Source: a virus (taxonomy: Duplodnaviria > Heunggongvirae > Uroviricota > Caudoviricetes). Taken from it: a stretch of 18,281 nt of DNA. Below the pieces are notes generated by a model. That model ran no database searches. It was not told where the DNA came from and worked only from the letters and a program-made list of their open reading frames with translations. The position numbers and the translations under genes are program-made. Shown one piece after another: positions 16,226 to 18,281 of the stretch. The stretch is from the IMG/VR virus record IMGVR_UViG_2690316166_000012. One strand, 5' to 3'. How positions within the stretch are numbered: position 1 is the stretch's first letter; each line of letters begins with the position of its first letter.

Positions 16226-16750
16226 NNNNNNNNNNNCATCCTGTTCAAAAGGCTCGACATAAAAACTTTCAGCGCCTTTATTCACCTTTATACCGGCAAT
16301 GCCTTTCACCGCATCCGGCTCCGCCAGGACGGCTTCCTTGTTCACTTCCTCTTTCGTGCGGATGAATCGCTCAAGCCCCATACGGCGCAGCGTGTCAATC
16401 ACACCTTCCACATCACGGCTGACGCTGCATGATGGCGTTCCCAGCCGCCATGACACCGTTCCGGTGGTCAGATTGGCAGTTTTGGTTTTGCCGCCGTTCG
16501 TCAGCTCATCACGGTTGGTTTTACACCAGTCCTGAATCCCTTTAAAAAGCACTTTGATTTGCTTTTTAAGATTTTCAATCTGCGGCGTATAACGGGCGGT
16601 GATTTCTGCCACTTCATCATTCATCGCCGTTTCCAGGCGCAGCGCCTCTCGCTGAATATCGCCCAGGGTGCGGATATCGCGGCTGACTTCTTCGCGGGTC
16701 TGCGGTGCGGCCTCGGCTACAGCCTTTAATTTTGTAACGCGTTTTGCCAT
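16226..16750 (-). CDS. gam: Host-nuclease inhibitor protein Gam (Mu Gam family)
   Basis: ATG at 16750 with AAGGA upstream. MAKRVTKLKAVAEAAPQTREEVSRDIRTLGDIQREALRLETAMNDEVAEITARY...ANRDELTNGGKTKTANLTTGTVSWRL...RFIRTKEEVNKEAVLAEPDAVKGIAGIKVNKG...PFEQ closely parallels Mu Gam as I recall it. About 171 codons are visible; the 3' end (16226 is an estimate) lies just inside mask 15766-16236. Confidence 0.85.
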
Positions 16751-16761
16751 TTTGTTTTTCC

Positions 16762-17055
16762 TTATTGCAATGTATCTGGTGCGTTCTGCAAGGAGCGGCG
16801 CTCAATGCTGCTTTTCACCCCCAGAGCCTGCATGGAACCCTGAAGTTCATCTGTCAGAAACTGAATAATTGTGGGGCTGTGATATTTAAGAATTTGCGCA
16901 TAAACATCACATGGGCCTGTCGGTCTGTTCTCCGTATCACGTTCGATTTTTACAGTGGCAGTAACCCCCTCCGTGATTTCCTGACTATCATTACCGGCTG
17001 GCTTTACTTCATGCATTACGTGGTTAAATTCAAAAATAACGCGTACTTTGCTCAT
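16762..17055 (-). CDS. Hypothetical small protein, downstream member of a tandem paralog pair
   Basis: ATG at 17055 (MSKVRVIFEFNHVMHEVKPAGND...), 4 nt after the upstream paralog's stop. Shares the N-terminal motif MSKV-x-(V/H)-I-(I)-FE-(F/Y) with the upstream gene. Lower GC. Confidence 0.45.
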   Translation of the reverse strand: MSKVRVIFEFNHVMHEVKPAGNDSQEITEGVTATVKIERDTENRPTGPCDVYAQILKYHSPTIIQFLTDELQGSMQALGVKSSIERRSLQNAPDTLQ

Positions 17056-17059
17056 GGAA

Positions 17060-17332
17060 TTACCCCTGCTGATTAAATTCATTACCGTTAATAACCCCGG
17101 AAGCCATGCCCCTGTCTTTCATGAATGCACTGGCTTTCATTGCCACAAGCTCTGCGAAGTTTCTGCTTTCCGCGAGCATAACCCCCCCAAAAATCATGGC
17201 GGGTCCATCACCTTTCTGCTTTATCCCGGTTGAACGTATGTCCAGACTTACCCCCATGCGCACTGTTCCATCAGCGTTTTTATGGATAACGTGCTCCTTA
17301 TATTCGAAAATAATGTGTACGACTTTACTCAT
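17060..17332 (-). CDS. Hypothetical small protein, upstream member of a tandem paralog pair
   Basis: ATG at 17332 overlaps the upstream stop (ATGA). MSKVVHIIFEYKEHVIHKNADGTVRMGVSLDIRSTGIKQKGDGPAMIFGGVMLAESRNFAELVAMKASAFMKDRGMASGVINGNEFNQQG. Confidence 0.45.
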   Translation of the reverse strand: MSKVVHIIFEYKEHVIHKNADGTVRMGVSLDIRSTGIKQKGDGPAMIFGGVMLAESRNFAELVAMKASAFMKDRGMASGVINGNEFNQQG

Positions 17333-17627
17333 CCTCTGGTCCTCGTTCTGTTTGGATAACTGACCCGGCGTCTGACCTCACGGCAGAACCGAATCATGGC
17401 ATTAAAGGCTTCTTCCTCCGTCACCGCTTCCGGTATCCCCGGAACCAGTAACTGCTCCTGTTCATCACGTCCATGACGCGCCATAACCTCAATCACATGC
17501 CGTACCGTGGCAGGCTTTCCGGCAACTATCGGCAATGCACCTTCCGGCAGGACGTAACCAAACTCAATAAGACCACTCGACCACGCCCATGCAATGAGAT
17601 TTTTTTTCACCTCACACCTCCCAGTAA
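17329..17627 (-). CDS. Hypothetical protein, C-terminal part; 5' end masked
   Basis: Protein-like frame (..KKNLIAWAWSSGLIEFGYVLPEGALPIVAGKPATVRHVIEVMARHGRDEQEQLLVPGIPEAVTEEEAFNAMIRFCREVRRRVSYPNRTRTRG) with stop at 17329-17331 overlapping the next start. Confidence 0.4.
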
Positions 17628-18141
17628 NNNNNNNNNNNNNNNNNNNNNNNNNNNNNNNNNNNNNNNNNNNNNNNNNNNNNNNNNNNNNNNNNNNNNNNNN
17701 NNNNNNNNNNNNNNNNNNNNNNNNNNNNNNNNNNNNNNNNNNNNNNNNNNNNNNNNNNNNNNNNNNNNNNNNNNNNNNNNNNNNNNNNNNNNNNNNNNNN
17801 NNNNNNNNNNNNNNNNNNNNNNNNNNNNNNNNNNNNNNNNNNNNNNNNNNNNNNNNNNNNNNNNNNNNNNNNNNNNNNNNNNNNNNNNNNNNNNNNNNNN
17901 NNNNNNNNNNNNNNNNNNNNNNNNNNNNNNNNNNNNNNNNNNNNNNNNNNNNNNNNNNNNNNNNNNNNNNNNNNNNNNNNNNNNNNNNNNNNNNNNNNNN
18001 NNNNNNNNNNNNNNNNNNNNNNNNNNNNNNNNNNNNNNNNNNNNNNNNNNNNNNNNNNNNNNNNNNNNNNNNNNNNNNNNNNNNNNNNNNNNNNNNNNNN
18101 NNNNNNNNNNNNNNNNNNNNNNNNNNNNNNNNNNNNNNNNN

Positions 18142-18273
18142 TCGTGTGCGGTCATTAAATTCAAAAAGTAAATCGCCACATTCTTTATTTTCGGCCAGTG
18201 AAATCACCTTCACGTTATCGAAATTAACCAGGTAAAAGCGTCCGTAAATATCAGGAATATTAAATACCGCCAT
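18142..18273 (-). CDS. Hypothetical protein, N-terminal part only
   Basis: ATG at 18273 (a GTG two codons upstream is the ORF-track start); MAVFNIPDIYGRFYLVNFDNVKVISLAENKECGDLLFEFNDRTR then mask. AT-rich. Whether it is continuous with the ORF ending at 17329 cannot be seen. Confidence 0.3.
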
Positions 18274-18281
18274 AATCACAC

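Noticed and set aside
1-18281. CRISPR arrays, rRNA genes, integrase/att sites
   Set aside because: No regularly spaced direct repeats, no rRNA-like stretches and no integrase-like ORF in the visible sequence; the masked third of the window could not be examined.

Overview
This window looks like the central part of a Mu-like (transposable-phage-type) prophage, with every supportable gene on the minus strand, so transcription runs from high to low coordinates. About one third of the window is masked by N blocks, and several gene ends and whole genes are hidden. All family assignments are from reading the translations and gene order by eye; no search was run. Right side (about 12.8-18.3 kb) is the early/semi-essential region: hypothetical genes, two tandem small paralogs, a clear Mu Gam-type host-nuclease inhibitor (16750 downward), then a lower-GC accessory operon of stop/start-overlapped small genes (12982-14728). 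After a long masked stretch there is an intrinsic terminator on the minus strand (about 11440-11463) and a new gene start. The late region follows: C-terminal part of a GH24 lysozyme-type endolysin, an overlapped i-spanin/o-spanin pair, a TraR/DksA-type zinc finger, a gp25-like single-TM protein, a winged-helix protein, a gp27-like small terminase, an 82-aa ORF that repeats the small-terminase C-terminal tail, large terminase, portal, Mu F-type head protein, protease/scaffold region (partly masked), scaffold-like protein and Mu gpT-like major head protein. The most interesting items are the duplicated small-terminase tail ORF, the lower-GC coupled accessory operon with a lysine-free acidic protein, the tandem paralogs upstream of gam, a tRNA-like/promoter-like structured intergenic element between F and the next head gene, and reading-frame discontinuities across masked blocks. 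No CRISPR array, rRNA or convincing canonical tRNA was seen.
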